The notes: generated by a model from the sequence alone, not told the origin. A DNA stretch of 55,603 bases, filler included, from Sphacelaria rigidula (GCA_964200075.2; 6 parts of 6 records of this genome joined end to end with filler, not necessarily neighbours in it), one strand, 5' to 3'. Counted from the first letter of the whole stretch, positions 22,461-36,642 are shown. Program-made: numbers and translations.

Positions 22461-25400
22461 TAGAACATTGTACAACAAATCTGGGACTGATGTTTATGTA
22501 CACCTGTACACAGAGTCACAACAAGAGGAGGATAGAAACTGCTGCTCGTGTTATTATGCCCCTCTTGTTGCAGTTGCTGTGCCGATCGCGCAACGCTTCA
22601 ATCTCGGCAACGAAGCGGAGGATTGAACTGCGGTTTCTTGCGTGCGCTTCCCACACCTCCCAAAACATCACGTACCATTTAACTCGTTAATGGTTTGACA
22701 AACCGTTTCCGAGCTCGACCGAGCATTCAAGCCTGAATGGCACAATCGTTGACCGACACAAAGGCAAACCACGCACGCCAACATTGACGCCTTTGGGCTG
22801 CAACACGCGTTGCACCCTGCTCAGCCCATCAATAGCAGCGCCTGTGCTGTACAGCCGGCCCGAGCACATATGCAGCGGATGCCGCAATCAGCAATGTGCT
22901 TGCGCCAGCCCACGCATTGCTTAAGCAGCTGATAAATGAAGCCTGTATGTGTTTATGCCGGCGGCACGTGATCGAAATATTGCCTCATACGGTGAAGGAT
23001 GATGTCAGCGTGTCCCCAAGACCATCTCATGTTAAAAGGGGATTGCTCCCCGCACAAAGAGCACGCCTGTGTCGGAGGATGGTTCTGCCCCTGATTCTTG
23101 GCCTATTTTTTCTTCATGTTGGTCTTCTTGGTCAAAAAAATATCGTCTTTGATACTCCCGAGTTAATTGCTGGATTTGAGTCCCGTTCATGTGGAGATCA
23201 CGGCTGATAATAAGGTCTGCCGAGTGTCGAGGTATATATGTAGCTGAGCGGCAATCGCGGTTGCACGGTATATGTTTGGTCACTGCATGTCCATTAGATA
23301 TACCGCATCTCGCATGGGAGCCGCAAGAGTTGCCACACCGTTCAACATCGCCATATTCAATTACCCCGCTCCCAACAGCATGATTCAACGACCTGGGAAT
23401 GCACGCCGGGTGTTGTGTTTTTTTGTTCGTGTCTTTTTGCCCGCGACCGTCCAAGGTCCTCCCGCAAGTGCTTCCTCTTTCGTGTAGTTAATTGCATCGC
23501 GTACACTTCGCTGCAGTCGCGGTAGCACGCGCGCCAGATGAGTGATTATGAGACCAGCAATGACCGCAGAACTGTGCCTGGGTTCGTCACTCCGCAGTAT
23601 ATTCGCAGTGTGTCAGCATGGACACGCCCTCTGGGAAACTTATAACGATGTACATGATCTTTCACGAAGAAGTAGACGTCGCTGAGACACCGGTGAGATA
23701 TACTTGTGTCGTCTCATTCCATGGTTACCTTCTATTCTCAACCGCCGCCTTGTAGTATGTTATCCGAATCAGGGCGGATGTTCGTAATTTAGGTGCTCCT
23801 GTTCACGGTAGAAGCCCGCGTGTATGCCGTTCCATGTTTCCGGCGCTTTCAACTTTCGTTGCTGGGTGGACAGATGCTGTCCAGTTCTGTTTACGGTTAG
23901 CTGAGGCGATGCTGCCGGCGTGGGCGGTGTTCGCGAAGGAATGCTCACGTACCCCGAACGACCACAGGCATACTCAAAAGAACACAACGTTTTGCTGTAA
24001 TGTCCAACTAACGGTTGACTACCTCCACTCCACCGACGTGGTCAAATCCCCCTCCATTATTTTCTCGCCTGCATTCTCACCATCAACTGAAGGTGCCGCC
24101 CGGAAGCCTCGCAGAGGTCCGATCCGCCTCGCGGAAGCGGAATACTCTGCGGAAGAATCCGCCGAACGCATCGGCGGCGGAGGAGCACAAATACAAACGC
24201 AACTGCAAGTGTGCCAAGTCGGGAAAGGGTTGTCGTCCCATACTATGCCGATGAAAGGGGCGATGTCATCCGGCTGTCGATGCGCACAGCGTTCCGGTCA
24301 GCAAAGGCTTCGGAGTAGATACGGCAGATCAAGTGGAGTCCGGAAGTAACAGCGGCGACGAACCAGAGGCGAGTTAAGTGGAAGAGTGGGGGTCTCATAG
24401 CAGCATGTCGTCGGAGACCTCCTCTGGATCCGACGGAGGCGGGTGCGAGGATGTTGTGAAATGGTACTTGGAATGGGTTATCGATGCGTGAGAGAGTGCA
24501 AGTTGCCCTGTCATCGATGGTGTAATTAATCGCCGGTGGATATGTGACGTAAATTCGGAGCTCATGGCCTGTGCACGAGTGAGGTGCACCCAGTTAATGT
24601 CGATCTGACACCCTGCGCGGCGATGCCGTCCCATTTGCCGCAGTATCCTGAGGTCTTACCCCATCATGTACGAGTATAACACGACTCACGCTCGTTCGAT
24701 ATTCTGTCTGTACCCCTCTTCTTCACTGCGCGCACTACTTTTCGCCTTAGGTGCGAGATCGAATGTGAAGGTTGAGACCGGTTACGGTGGAGATGAATGA
24801 AGACTGTGTACCTTGTACACAATAATCATCGTTCATTTAGTCGCGTGTTATTTACGCCATGCATTTGACATCTGCACATAGACCTTGGCTGCATATGTGC
24901 CCGCGGCGGCGGTGGCGGCTTCGGTGGGCGCGGTTTCCTATCGTGCGTTTGTATTGAAAGTGCGAAGAATCGCAGGCTATCAAACGGCGCCGAGGCCTTG
25001 TTCATAGTATTGTCGGCACTCGACGTTTCTCCATCCTGGTTGGAATATGGAAATTACTCGAATACCATTGGAGATATGGCGTGGAAACAGGCATGGAGTC
25101 TCTGCAGTCAGCAAGAAGTAGCACTTTTGATTGTCAGCGTATGCTTATCTTCTGAAAGATGAAGGAAAAATGTTCACATTGTCAGCCATTTAACGACGGA
25201 AATGTGGACTCATGTTCCATCCCACGCTCACGAGAACGCATATACGATGCACATCGCGCACCAAGCCTGGCACCGGATGTAACACACGGGAGAGGGAAAA
25301 TGATTGTCGGCATGCCCAAGCGTATTGGCAAGGGTTGTCGTGACAAGTCATTCCCGAAGATATGTGACGTGCAGCAGTCGTATGAGCAGGCGCTGGCCCT

Positions 25401-26249
25401 TCGTGACATTTTTTCTACGGCAAAAACTCCTGGCGCGGCGCACAAGGGGATGTAAGAACTGAACTTTTAGCCCTTATAAAGGATAAAATTTTTATAACAA
25501 CAAGGGTGCTGTTGATGTTGTTGATGGGACCCGTTTCTCAGGCTTTTGCATATTTTACCGATAATTTGGAACTTCGTCAGACTTTTCCAACATACTACTT
25601 CCTGGAAACAAAATTGGGCGCTAGATTTCCGGATATCCGTACAAGCTGGGCCGCCCAAGAAGCTCACTTTCCTTCAGCCTGTTCTAACTGACGACGTATC
25701 GCGAATTGTGCCTACTATGACACATCGTAGTAGTCGGCAAATCAGCGTGCGTCATCACATTCATGTAGCACTGCGATTCGACAAGGCCTCATCAAACGAA
25801 ATACCAAACTGTCGTCAAGGGCGAAAGTGTAGAGAGTTGAGGGTATCATGTGCGGCGGAATTAGCCAAGAGAAAAGGGCTGAAATTGGAGTTTCGGTTAC
25901 AGTCGGGTGTGCCGCGTGGTGCCGCACAAGCTGCGATCGTACAACAACACATGTCGCACTAGGCGTTAAGTATCCAAGATTGCATGCAGACGAGGCCCCC
26001 AGCACGCCAAGGCGTCTGGTGGTGGTGTGCGAACCAATGAGCAGTTGTGAAGACGTCCGAGCCGAAAGTAGAAGAAGAAAAGTCAAAGGCGAACTTCCGG
26101 CTGAGGTTCCATCTCCGCATAGGAACCGAATTTCGAGAGAATGACGCAATTCCCTAGCTCAATTTTCAGTGGTTTTATATGAAATTCTGACATGATGTAC
26201 AAGACGTTTGTGAGAACACGCCTTCGTTCCTTCCATATTTTTATTTCCT

Positions 26250-26750
26250 TCGTGAGTTATTGGCGACGGAACATTTCAGAACAGTTCTTCAGAACAAAAT
26301 TGCCAATAATTCACGAAGAAAGAAAAAAACAAACAGGGGGGGGGGGGGAAAGGGGTCTTCGTACATACGTCCTGTGCATCGTGTCGAAAATTCATCGAAG
26401 ACAACTTGAAATTGAACCGCATAATTGCGTTTGGATTATTTGCGGCTGGTCCATCTCCATATACTCTAGGAACCAGTTTACGACAGGATGACGCGAGTCG
26501 TGCGATCAATTTTGAATCGTTTTTAATGAAATTCCAATACAATCTGAAACTCAACGTTTGCCCCCATGTTTTTGTTCGTCGTGCGTTATTGGCAACGATA
26601 TATTTCAGAACAGATTTTCCGGAACAAAATTGCCATTAACTCACGACGAAAAAAACAAAATAGGGGGGAAAGGTTGGGTCGTCGCACATACGTCCTGTAC
26701 ATCGTGTCAATATTTCATCGAAATCAAGTCAAAATTGAACCCACGACTAA
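26250..26750. repeat. Diverged direct duplication (~175 bp)
   Basis: TCGTG.GTTATTGGC.ACG...GAACAAAATTGCCA...CATACGTCCTGT.CATCGTGTC...AAATTGAACC at ~26250-26425 and ~26575-26750. Confidence 0.7.
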
Positions 26751-26769
26751 TTTAAAAGTAGGAAATTTC

Positions 26770-26980
26770 CAGGGCTCTTTGCGTAACTTGTTGCGCCTAC
26801 GTTACACGTCACAAACGTACGTCACAAGGGTGTGACGTAACGTGACGTATGTCTTTCGACTACGTCACATCTGTGACGTAACGTAACGTATCCGTACAAA
26901 AATGTGACGCGACGTAACGTATAATTTTTCATATGTCACATTTGTGACGTGACGTGTATCGTGTATCGTAAAGAGCCCTG
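26770..26980. mobile_element. hAT-type MITE (211 bp) filled with GTGACGT/TAACGT motifs
   Basis: TIR CAGGGCTCTTTGCG/CGTAAAGAGCCCTG; flanks GAAATTTC/GAAATTAA. Confidence 0.75.
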
Positions 26981-27004
26981 GAAATTAAAAATGACATACT
27001 AAAA

Positions 27005-27295
27005 AGTTATACGTTGCGTTACGTCACAGACGCGTATTTTGAAACGTTTCACGTCACAAAAAACGTTACACGTCACAACCAATGTTACGTGTCACATTAT
27101 TGTACGTTTGCGACGTGTAACGTATTTTGAGACGTTACGTTTGTGACGTGTAACGTGTTTTGGGTCGTTATTGTGACGTGTAACGAGTAATATACGTTAC
27201 GTTTGTGACGTGCAACGTATTTTGGAAAGTTACTGTGACGTGTAACAAATACTATACGTCATTTGTGACGTGTAACGTAGAATGAAACGTTACGC
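27005..27295. repeat. Array of TGTGACGTGTAACG motifs in both orientations
   Basis: About seven forward copies at ~25-35 bp spacing, preceded by inverted copies. Confidence 0.75.
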
Positions 27296-27755
27296 TTCGA
27301 TCGTGTTGAGGGCAAATCAACGCTACGTACAATGTTGTAAGGTTTCATGTGCCGCAACTTCGTACGGGAGGTTCACGGTGGCTGCCTTGTTCGAGCATGA
27401 GGCGCGTTCTGCTCGCTATGTTGACATGTAAGAATGCGGTTCAGCTATAGTGTATCGCTCATGCGTCCCTGACTTACACGTTAAAATTTCAAAGAAATAC
27501 ATGGGTACGTTATCGATGCACGATAATAATCAGATAGTGAGATACCAAGATGCGCGCAGGCCATGATGTACACATACAAACGCAAGTATTGTATGTACAG
27601 ATCATACGTTAGTGATACCTGGTAGTCGGTTGGCATTTTGTAAGACAAACAACCCATACCAATCCCATCCTGTATTGATATAATGATTTGTTCTCTCAGC
27701 AGGGCGTGTATACAGTTTATAATACACATGAACCGATGATCCCGTACGAATCCAG

Positions 27756-27855
27756 NNNNNNNNNNNNNNNNNNNNNNNNNNNNNNNNNNNNNNNNNNNNT
27801 TAATTAATTAANNNNNNNNNNNNNNNNNNNNNNNNNNNNNNNNNNNNNNNNNNNN
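27756..27855. other. Artificial contig linker
   Basis: N44-TTAATTAATTAA-N44. Confidence 0.97.
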
Positions 27856-28059
27856 CGGCCTGATTGCCCAAAAGGCGGGAAAAAGTTGATCGCTGGTCCA
27901 ACGGGTACCACGCAACTTTTGCGCCATTCCACGGGTCTGGGCTGCGTGTACCTGGGTTGCAACGCTTAAAACAAAGCCCAGGGATTGATTCGTACGATTC
28001 GAATCAATGACACTAAAAGCAAGTAATTTTCAGACGAATCATTACTTGTCCGACCCTTG
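27856..28059 (+). mobile_element. hAT-type MITE family C, right part
   Basis: Ends GTCCGACCCTTG; homologous to 30597-30862 (inverted) and 36885-37039. Confidence 0.75.
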
Positions 28060-30596
28060 GAGCATTCCACGGGGGAGTTGTGACGCTAGAGAGGTGATGT
28101 GACGAATGACCCCGGCAGAGAACTTGCCCAGGGCGTCTATGGTGTGGATGGGCAGTCTTCACACACAATCAACAAGCAGTACTGAATTATATTAGTGTGT
28201 ACAGAGAGGGCCGAGTCGCATGTACGAGAACCCGGTGCCAACTTCATCCTGTACTCCTCTTCAGAGCCACGGTTTCACGTGCAACCGCTTGCGATATGCG
28301 CAGTGACATTTTCCTTACGTTGTGCTGCTCTCTCGACCTCACCGGCACGCCTGTTGAGTCAGCTGCCCGTGCTGATCGTGATCACTCCTCTTTCCACGAT
28401 TACTTCTGCCCTGAGCCCAGTATAATTGACACTGCGGAACATGACTGTTGCGACTAGAACGTAAAATCATTTCTCGGAAAGCCTCCACATTATCGAAAAG
28501 GAATAACACTGGAATGTTGTTGTCGTCGTCGTCGTCGTCGTCTTCACATTGAAAATCGTTCCGATATCCGCGCAGTACTTGGGTTTCCGCGGTGGACATC
28601 TGATGCGGACCCCTTACATGGACTCAAAAAGTGAAAATATCATAGTTCGAGTAGGATGATTTGTACATATAGTGTATAGCTAGCAGTATATCCGGGTATG
28701 GCATCAATGGCTAGCGGCTCGGTGTGCGTGACGAGTTGCATCAAAGTGCATGGACCCTGTGCTTGCAACGGTACGCAGTCAAGGAGGAACTGTACATCTG
28801 CAGTGCAATAAAAAAGAGTAAATCGCGACACCGTCAACGGCCGTGCAGACGCAAGGTCTCACCCAAGGTCTACCATCCCCCTCAAGCCTGAGTCTACGAA
28901 GGCCGTGCCTTCCGCTGCGTCTTATGGAGACGGTAAAAATCATGTTCCAAAATCATATTCGGCTGTGATCAATCGCGGCGACAAATACCCTCCAATGAAA
29001 GGGAAAAAAAAGACACTGTCGAATGTGATCTCTGGTGTCGGGAACGTTAATCTTTTTCTCAAACATCTTTTTGGATTTTTCCGGAAAAAATATCATTGGG
29101 GCTGTTCGAGACATCACATTCCTCGTACTCGCCGGTAAAACATAACAAGTGCGACGCAACCGCTTTACTGCACTACTGACATCCCCATCACACGCACCGT
29201 GTCCAAATGTCACGTTGGAGAAGAGTGTCTAAATATGTGACACACCAATTCCATCGATGGAATAGATAGCGGCCGACGTCGTCCGCCTGACATTTTGGAC
29301 CTGGTGCGAGGCAATTGCGGTAAAACAGGAGGGACGCAAGGGAACCTGGAGAAATGTTCGTACACGATGGTTGATAAAAAACATCATGGAATTTTACAAA
29401 CTAACACTAACACCAACCCTAACCCTAAACCCGACCCGATGCGCACGGGACCCTTGGGAAAGGAGGGTTCATAGGTTTACCTTAAGCAAAGTGTGCGTTG
29501 GCAGACGTCAAATCGTCACCGCAGGCGCCGATTTCGACAAAAGCACATTGTGGACGAGCTGGGCCCACTACTCACCTGCCCCAAACCATACATTATCTCA
29601 GAACTTTCTCAAGTCTAAAATCAAGTAGTCATCCCTGTCAACCATTGTGTACGAACATGTCTAGAGGTCTGCTGAGGGACGCGCCAAACGCAAGACGGGG
29701 GGGGGGGACATGATTCGCCCTCAACTTCCAAACAGACTAGTTGGAGTAGTGTTTTCGCCTGCTGCTGCGCCTTCCCCCTTACTCTTGCCGACAACTGCCG
29801 AACGCCTAGCGGCGGGGCTGCCATGTGGAGGAGTGTCGTGTTCTGTACCTCTAGGGTGCCGAATCAATGAAAATGTTCTGACGGTTCCGCCGCGTTCCTC
29901 TTGGGCACATGGATCACCATCCTGGGTAGTTTTTCGGCAGTTCGTTCTTCCGGTGTGGTGAGATTTTTGGCAAGACTTCAGATTTTTCGTTGCGGGCATT
30001 CCTATATTATTGGAAAGTGACTTAGAAATATTATTCATGGGTCTCGAGAAGGAGGTGCGTCGTAGTCCTCCACCCTGAGCCGGGTGACCGAATAAATAAG
30101 TGTCAGTGCTTCTGTCCGTGGTATCGAAGCCCTACACCTGCCCGTCATCCATGAATCCGAATTCTCTGTACTTATTTTTGGCTGTAGTAACACTACCTTA
30201 CCTGGCCAGCTTGCGTAGGCCCTGCGAGAAAACACCGATCATGTCCGATGTTTTGACAACGTACATTAAAATGTCATCTGAACGCGGTACAATGGCTCAA
30301 CACGAAGTGGATAGCGTGTTCAGGAAAGTGTTTCTTGTCACTTCAGGATCAGGGTCAAGATGGGATGGAAAAGAGCCGGTGAAGGTACAAATTCCATGCT
30401 GAAAAAAAGTTTATCCACAACTTTTCATGATCGACGCCCCGTTTTGAGCACTCCATTCTGAAGTCCGAAGTGTCGCTTCACTTCTCAAAACGCAATGAAG
30501 AGGAATAATCATCCCCGCCACCAAAATTCACAGCCAATTCACAATCAATGTACCCTAACAAACACGGTGAAACATCCTTCACAACTGTCATTCTTA

Positions 30597-30862
30597 CGCA
30601 GGTCGGACGAATTAATGATTCGTCTGGAAATTACTCGATATTTTTAAGTGTGATTGATTCGTACCGTCCGAATTAATCCTTGGGCTTTGTTTTCAGCGTT
30701 GCAACCCAGGTACGCGCAGCCCAGGCACGTGGAAAGGCGCGAAAAATTGCGTGGACACCGTTTCGACCAGCGGTCAACTTTTTTTTCTCTCTTTCGAGCA
30801 ATCAGGCTCGAAAAAATCGTGGATTTGGTGATTCTAATCGGTGATGACTCGTCCAAACCATG
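30597..30862 (-). mobile_element. hAT-type MITE family C, full copy
   Basis: Ends CGCAGGTCGGACG/CGTCCAAACCATG; degenerate 8-bp TSD CATTCTTA/CTTTCTTG; reverse complement of the 27856 and 36885 copies. Confidence 0.72.
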
Positions 30863-32357
30863 CTTTCTTGTAAAAATGGGCCAATCATGAGGGAGCGACG
30901 TTTGGCATCGCGGGCAGGGGACCTCCTTGTCGCCACCGCGGTATCGACATTCGCTTGGTCGTGTTGCGTGAAATTTACATGCGCGGCAAGCACAAGGCTT
31001 TGCCTTGGGTGCAGCTAGTCACGATTGCCAGCCTCAGCTGGAAGAAGACGGTGTGCACGATTCGCAGCCTACCTCACGTGAGCCGTGCTACACCTGGCTG
31101 CACTGCCGTTCCATCCGAGGTCATTGCAACACCTTGGTGGATTGCATGTTGCAAAATGTTGCCGTGCGGCTTTTGTCTCTTCTTCGGACTGCCGTGCTGT
31201 ACGGTCCGTTACTAAAAGGTACCGCAGGGTACGGCACATGAGTAAAGTAATAATGTACTGCCTGTGCTAGAGTCTCGCTGCTGTGCAGTGCCGTGCTGAC
31301 CTGTGCATATTTTAATCGGATGGTGGTCGATCGCACATTTGGTGGGGCAAGCTGCGGCCAATCACCGCGAACAATGAAGTAACGTCAAGCCACTTCACGT
31401 CAGCTTCCGTTCCGAAGTTTTTGCCTTCCTTTGTGAATTTTTCTAGAAATGCGATTCTGAAGTTCTTCTATCCTGATTTTGAAATTATTTTTTTATTTCT
31501 TACGAAACACTCCAATAAACAAACACACGGACAAGATCAAAGAATGCGCAACCAGCTTGTACCGAACTGAAGATGGCGGAAGTGGCAGGACCCCCATTTT
31601 CTCCCCTTGTTTTCTTTGTCTACTAACCGCTGACTCCACCGCACCCCTCCCCCCGAGGTGGTGTGTGTTGTTATGGGATGTTCTTCCTGTTATGCCTAGT
31701 ATATTCGTACGCATCGCTGACCCTCTAGAGGTACAAGGTTAGAACCCTGCGACTCGTATCGCTTTGGCTGGTGATCGTGGCGCTCGAATTTAGTTACCTT
31801 CTTGTCTGGCCTCGCGCATTGAGTGGGCCAATGGGCCTTGCCTCCAGTAGCCTGAATGGTCACATATGACATGGAAACTTGGAGGGCTAGCAGCAGTCCT
31901 TTGTTTTTCCTCTTTTTTTCTTCTTGTTTAGTATTTTTATTGTAATATTATTTTTATTTCATTTGTAACGCATCTGTGTGAATGGTTTCTGGGTCATATT
32001 TATTTTATTATTTATATTTTACCCTAGCTTGGGGTAGTTAGCCTGTGACCACGGGAGGCGTCTGCATCAGATGCCCAGTACAGAGTACTGCACAGATATC
32101 GAAACAGTTTTTTGATGTGAAGACGATAGCAACAACGACAACAACAATAACAACGCGCGAGCTCAGCGCACACACAGTGAGCTAGCTCCTTGCGGGCAGG
32201 TGATGAGAAATGTGTTATTTGTTGTCGACCTTGCCGTCGTACTGCCTAACGTACCCACCTGAGGACTCCTGGTGTGGATATGGACGGGGAGACGTGAGAA
32301 GTGACTTTTGCGCCTTCCTCCACTCTTCATTATTGTTCCGCAGGGTGCTGATCTACG

Positions 32358-32428
32358 ATGGCGGGCGAATCCAGTCTGGAGACGACAAAGGAGGTGGGGA
32401 ACGCAGCGCGGCATCCCCTCCAACATCG
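32358..32428 (+). CDS. eIF4E: Translation initiation factor eIF4E, first coding exon
   Basis: MAGESSLETTKEVGNAARHPLQH-CG|GTGAG. The HPL motif joins in phase to RWALWYD. The AG at 32342-32343 implies an upstream UTR exon. Confidence 0.85.
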
Positions 32429-35400
32429 GTGAGAGCATCAGAGCAATTCGACCAAAGGAATATGTCTACGATCACGAGAAAAACGCCATGATTTATCAAA
32501 ACATGTAACGAAACACCAGTCAGCGAGGTGCTGTCTAGAACGACAGCGATAGAAGTGGCACTCTTGTGTGAAACCTGCTGAAAACATCATCCAGCCGGTT
32601 TCACTGAGTATCTGGCTCACCTGTGGTACGATGTGGATGCTCATCTACGTCGCAAGTTGTCGCCCCTTATGTTTTTTTGTGATTTCAATACCTCCCCTTC
32701 CTCGAGACGAGTCCTTGGTCTCGAAGGATGAACCCATTTATCCCCCGGGACAACCCTTGCATTTTTAGTATCGCGAATTGGATCATGACCAACACTCCCG
32801 CACCGCCCGTCGACTCTCGCCAAAGAAACCATATATGCTGCTGCTACCCACGTCCTCACGTTTTGGATCCCGGGAATCATATATACTTCTCAGGGAATTA
32901 CACACACACACACACACACACTGGAGTATGGCATTTTGACTTATTGATTGATTGTTTGGTTGTCACACTTCAACTGACACCCCCGGGATCCAGCCGTGGT
33001 CGCATGATAGGCTAACCCAAGAAACACAGAACTGAGACACTCGCTGAAGAAAAAGAAGGAACAGAAAAAGTGCATACACTGGAGTATGACAAACATTGGA
33101 GTATGACACACACAGTTGCATCTACGTACCTGGTGTCAAACTCGCACTTCTGCGTCCTAATTGTTTTTGGTTGAACCGATCGGACCACCAGGGTGCGTTG
33201 GCGATGATGTACTTCGATACTGCTTTGTTTAGCCTAAATGTTTACCTTGGATTCGTCGTAGATCGCCTAGTGTGCGATAATTAGTCAACCAGTGAACCAG
33301 TCAACTAGGCTGTACGGCCAACAAGGGTGAGTGAACGGGACTTGAAGAAGGGAGAGAATTAAAACAATCGCGTTGTCCATTTCTCCCTCGATATAGAAAA
33401 AAAACCCCTTCACACTACGCGGTTAACAGTGGTCTGTCTTATCTGTCGGTCGACGAGAAGCTTCCTATCTCCTCCAAAGGCACCTCGGGTGATCACCGTA
33501 AACACCCGATAGGGTACGGTGCGTGTGGTATATTGGATGGTGAGGAGAGCTACTCAGGCCTGCCTGAAGAGGGTGTTGCGCTGAGCCAATTTTGAAAAGC
33601 GGCGTTAAGAACGATCTCGAAGAGATCGTTGCATTCGGCTTCAAGTTTGCCGCCACGAGAGCAGTCTTTTTGTCGTGTATGTGTGTGTGGACGTGTGTGT
33701 GTGAACAGAGCATATCACTTGACATATCGTTCAGATGTTACCTTCACTATCTGGCCATTTTTTCCCTCTGGGCCGTGTTGGGTACGTGACCTGGTTTACT
33801 ACATTTGAGGTGAAGGTGTGCGTGACAGGGTGCCCAAAGCGCAATGCGGCTGAGAGAGTTGGTCCCCTACAGGATTTTTTCGTTGAGAAAACTCGATGTG
33901 TAGTGCCGATCCCCCCATAGCATGCAAATCCTTTTTTCACGTCTAGTCACACCGCGCTGTATAGTTCTTGGTCATCTGTGGGCAGGCGTACCCTCGTTTC
34001 GAACTCGTAGTTGTACGCCCTTTTCATTGATTTTCAAGAGATTTGTTGTCGTGTCGGTCACCCGGAAGGAGGTATGGAATTGTTTTGTGACACGACCGAG
34101 GATAGCCCAACGATTCTTGTGAAGTTGTCTCATGTAATAACATCTGTACTTGTCTGCAGCCGCTGTATTTCACGCACTTTGCCGGAGCAATGTCGGAGGC
34201 TTCACTTCCCGTATTGAAGATTCTTGGTCCACCAATGCCGACATAGCCCCCCCCCCCCCCACACACACACACACACACACAAAAATGCACGGGAGGCCGT
34301 CTGACGAACCGGCTGAAATTCCATTATTGGGCTCGTTGGCAGCAATTTCGCCCATATGAGATGCGTACAGCAGTCCGAAATCAGTTATAACGCCCAAATG
34401 AGTCGCGTCGTGCCGCACGAAACAAGCTCTAACGGCATTAATGATCATCGCCTCCGTGCACCTGTTCGGCCGGCTCGAGGGGGGGGGTCATCTCGGCAGC
34501 AGTCGGTCCCTGACTAAGCCATACCTGTCGCCTGCAGGTTCGGGGGCTGGGGGGAGGGGGGGGGTTCTCACCATGTTGCATGCCGTAGTCGTTGGAGACG
34601 ATCGAGCTCGCACCCCTACAAAGCCGGGACGGAGTACGCCAGATGTTCGCCGGATCAGGCTCGTGGGGGGGCGATATCTTCCTTGGTCCCAATTTATGTC
34701 TCGAGAGTAGCACTACTGGTTACCACGTTTGAACGCTTCACTCACACACAGATTCACCTGAAGTTATGACAAAATTGAGGCAGTCGGGCGTGTGATTGAC
34801 TCGAGTGGGCAAGGATATGTGGACCTCCACGCACGGTACTGTCAGACCAGGCGGAAGTCCAAGCTGTCACGATGGTAGTATGTAATTTGCACGGCACCAG
34901 ACACGTCACAGGTTTCTGGAATCAGGCAATTGTCAGCTTCGCAGTCGGTAGTCCGACGAGTGCCGTGTGGGGCACTAGGTTTGTTCATCACGTGCCATGT
35001 CATGTTCCATTCACCCGCTGTGTCGATTGAGTCGTTGATTGGTTGGTTGACGCACGTGTAATGATCCCCGGGGAATCCAGCCGTGACTGGTCATTATCCA
35101 CAAAGATGGACGTACCCAAGGGAGGGAGGAGGAGAACGAAACGTGAACGTTCGCAAAAGTAAACTCGATAAAGGTAGAAGTTAAGGAAAGTCAGATCAAA
35201 GAGACGGAGTGAATGAACTGAACAGAAACTAGATACAGAGGGATGGATCGTCCTATGCAAAAGTGGAACTTGTACGTATTATGTGTTATTATACATCAGA
35301 AATATATCCATTGTACTGCACTATCGCTTTGTGGCCATTCTTCCCCCCCCTCCTCCCCCACCTCACCCCATCCCTCGAGTGCACATGTGTTGCCTGCCGT

Positions 35401-35435
35401 GCTAATGTGTGATCCACCTTGCCTCGGTGGTGAAG

Positions 35436-35577
35436 GTGGGCGCTATGGTACGACAACGCGAAGCTCAAGGCGGCCACCGAGACGTGGGAAGAGAACCTGA
35501 AGCATATCATGGCGTTCGACACAGTGGAGGACTTTTGGGCTTTGTTCAATAACGTCATGCCGCCGAGCATGCTGGCG
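35436..35577 (+). CDS. eIF4E: eIF4E, second coding exon (gene continues beyond contig)
   Basis: WALWYDNAKLKAATETWEENLKHIMAFDTVEDFWALFNNVMPPSMLA|GTGAG; TVEDFW signature and conserved Trp residues. Confidence 0.93.
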
Positions 35578-35844
35578 GTGAGTGACGAGAGAGGCTTTTT
35601 TCATATATACATCTTTCTATAATGGTGTGTTCGATTTCGCCTGCTTTCAAAGTATGAGAAGACATGAGACAGCATCGTCGTGTCTTCTTCTTCGATGTTA
35701 GGGCGTGTCTTCGCACGTTTTTTTCCGATCGAAAGAGTGCGGTGAAAACATGTTTTTTTCGATCTGATAGGTCCACCGCATTTCTGTTCCTGGTTGGCTT
35801 CAACTATTTTTTTATTATCAGTGGGGCGCGGAGAAGACGTAAAA

Positions 35845-36395
35845 TAATGATGAAGCTACGCTTTTTCAGTCGAAAACATGCGGTCGAAAGGCACGAAGGG
35901 GCACTCGACTCCTCTCTTACAGACCGCCACACCAGATACCACCCGTTCGCAGAAGTATGCAGACTCCATACAACTCATTCTCAGGCATCACCGCAATCCT
36001 GCAGCATAGAGCACGAGTTGAGCACAGGGATAGACACACTGCTGTAGTTGGGTATGCTTTGTTCATTTTTTGTTGGCGAAAACTTGAGCATTTTCGTCCA
36101 TGGTGGGGATCAGCGACGGATCTGCGTGGTGCGGTGGGCAACCGACTTGCGTACACGCTCATGGACAGGGCAGGCAGTACAAAGCTGCACGTTGTCCAAG
36201 TCCTTTTTACGTCGCATTGTAAGCAGAGAGAACCGATAGTCCTGGGCTGTCTGTACTACACGTTGCCCGCTTCTCTTTCACACCCTACTGTACGACTCAC
36301 GCACACAAGCACGCAAGACACACTGCATGCAAACAGTGCAAACAGTACAGTCTGTCTGTGCAGTGTACAGGAGACCATGTACCGTTTCACGATTT
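35845..36395 (+). repeat. Dispersed ~500-bp repeat (transposon-derived, class unknown)
   Basis: Colinear with 54810-55295 (e.g. GTCGCATTGTAAG.AGAGAGAAC.GATAGTCCTG; TTGCCCGCTTCTCTTTCA). Confidence 0.8.
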
Positions 36396-36430
36396 TCACC
36401 GTATTTCTTCGATCGAACGCTTCAAAATTC

Positions 36431-36634
36431 CAAGGGCAGGTCGAGTGGAGTATACTCAATTACGGGGTATTTTGAAAGTCGTTCTTGAAGTACACGAATT
36501 GGGGTAGGGTTTTGGAGATCGCTCTACAGTTATTTTTCGGGCACGACTCCTTGCACTCTACCCCAAGTTGAGTACTTCAAGTACGTCTTTCAAAATACCC
36601 CGCAATTGAGTATACTCTACTCGACCTGCCCTTG
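36431..36634. mobile_element. hAT-type MITE family A (204 bp)
   Basis: Long TIR CAAGGGCAGGTCGAGT.GAGTATACTCAATT; perfect 8-bp TSD CAAAATTC. Confidence 0.9.
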
Positions 36635-36642
36635 CAAAATTC

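Noticed and set aside
29400..29432. Telomere (CCCTAA) repeats
   Set aside because: Only about two perfect units, interstitial; too short to call.
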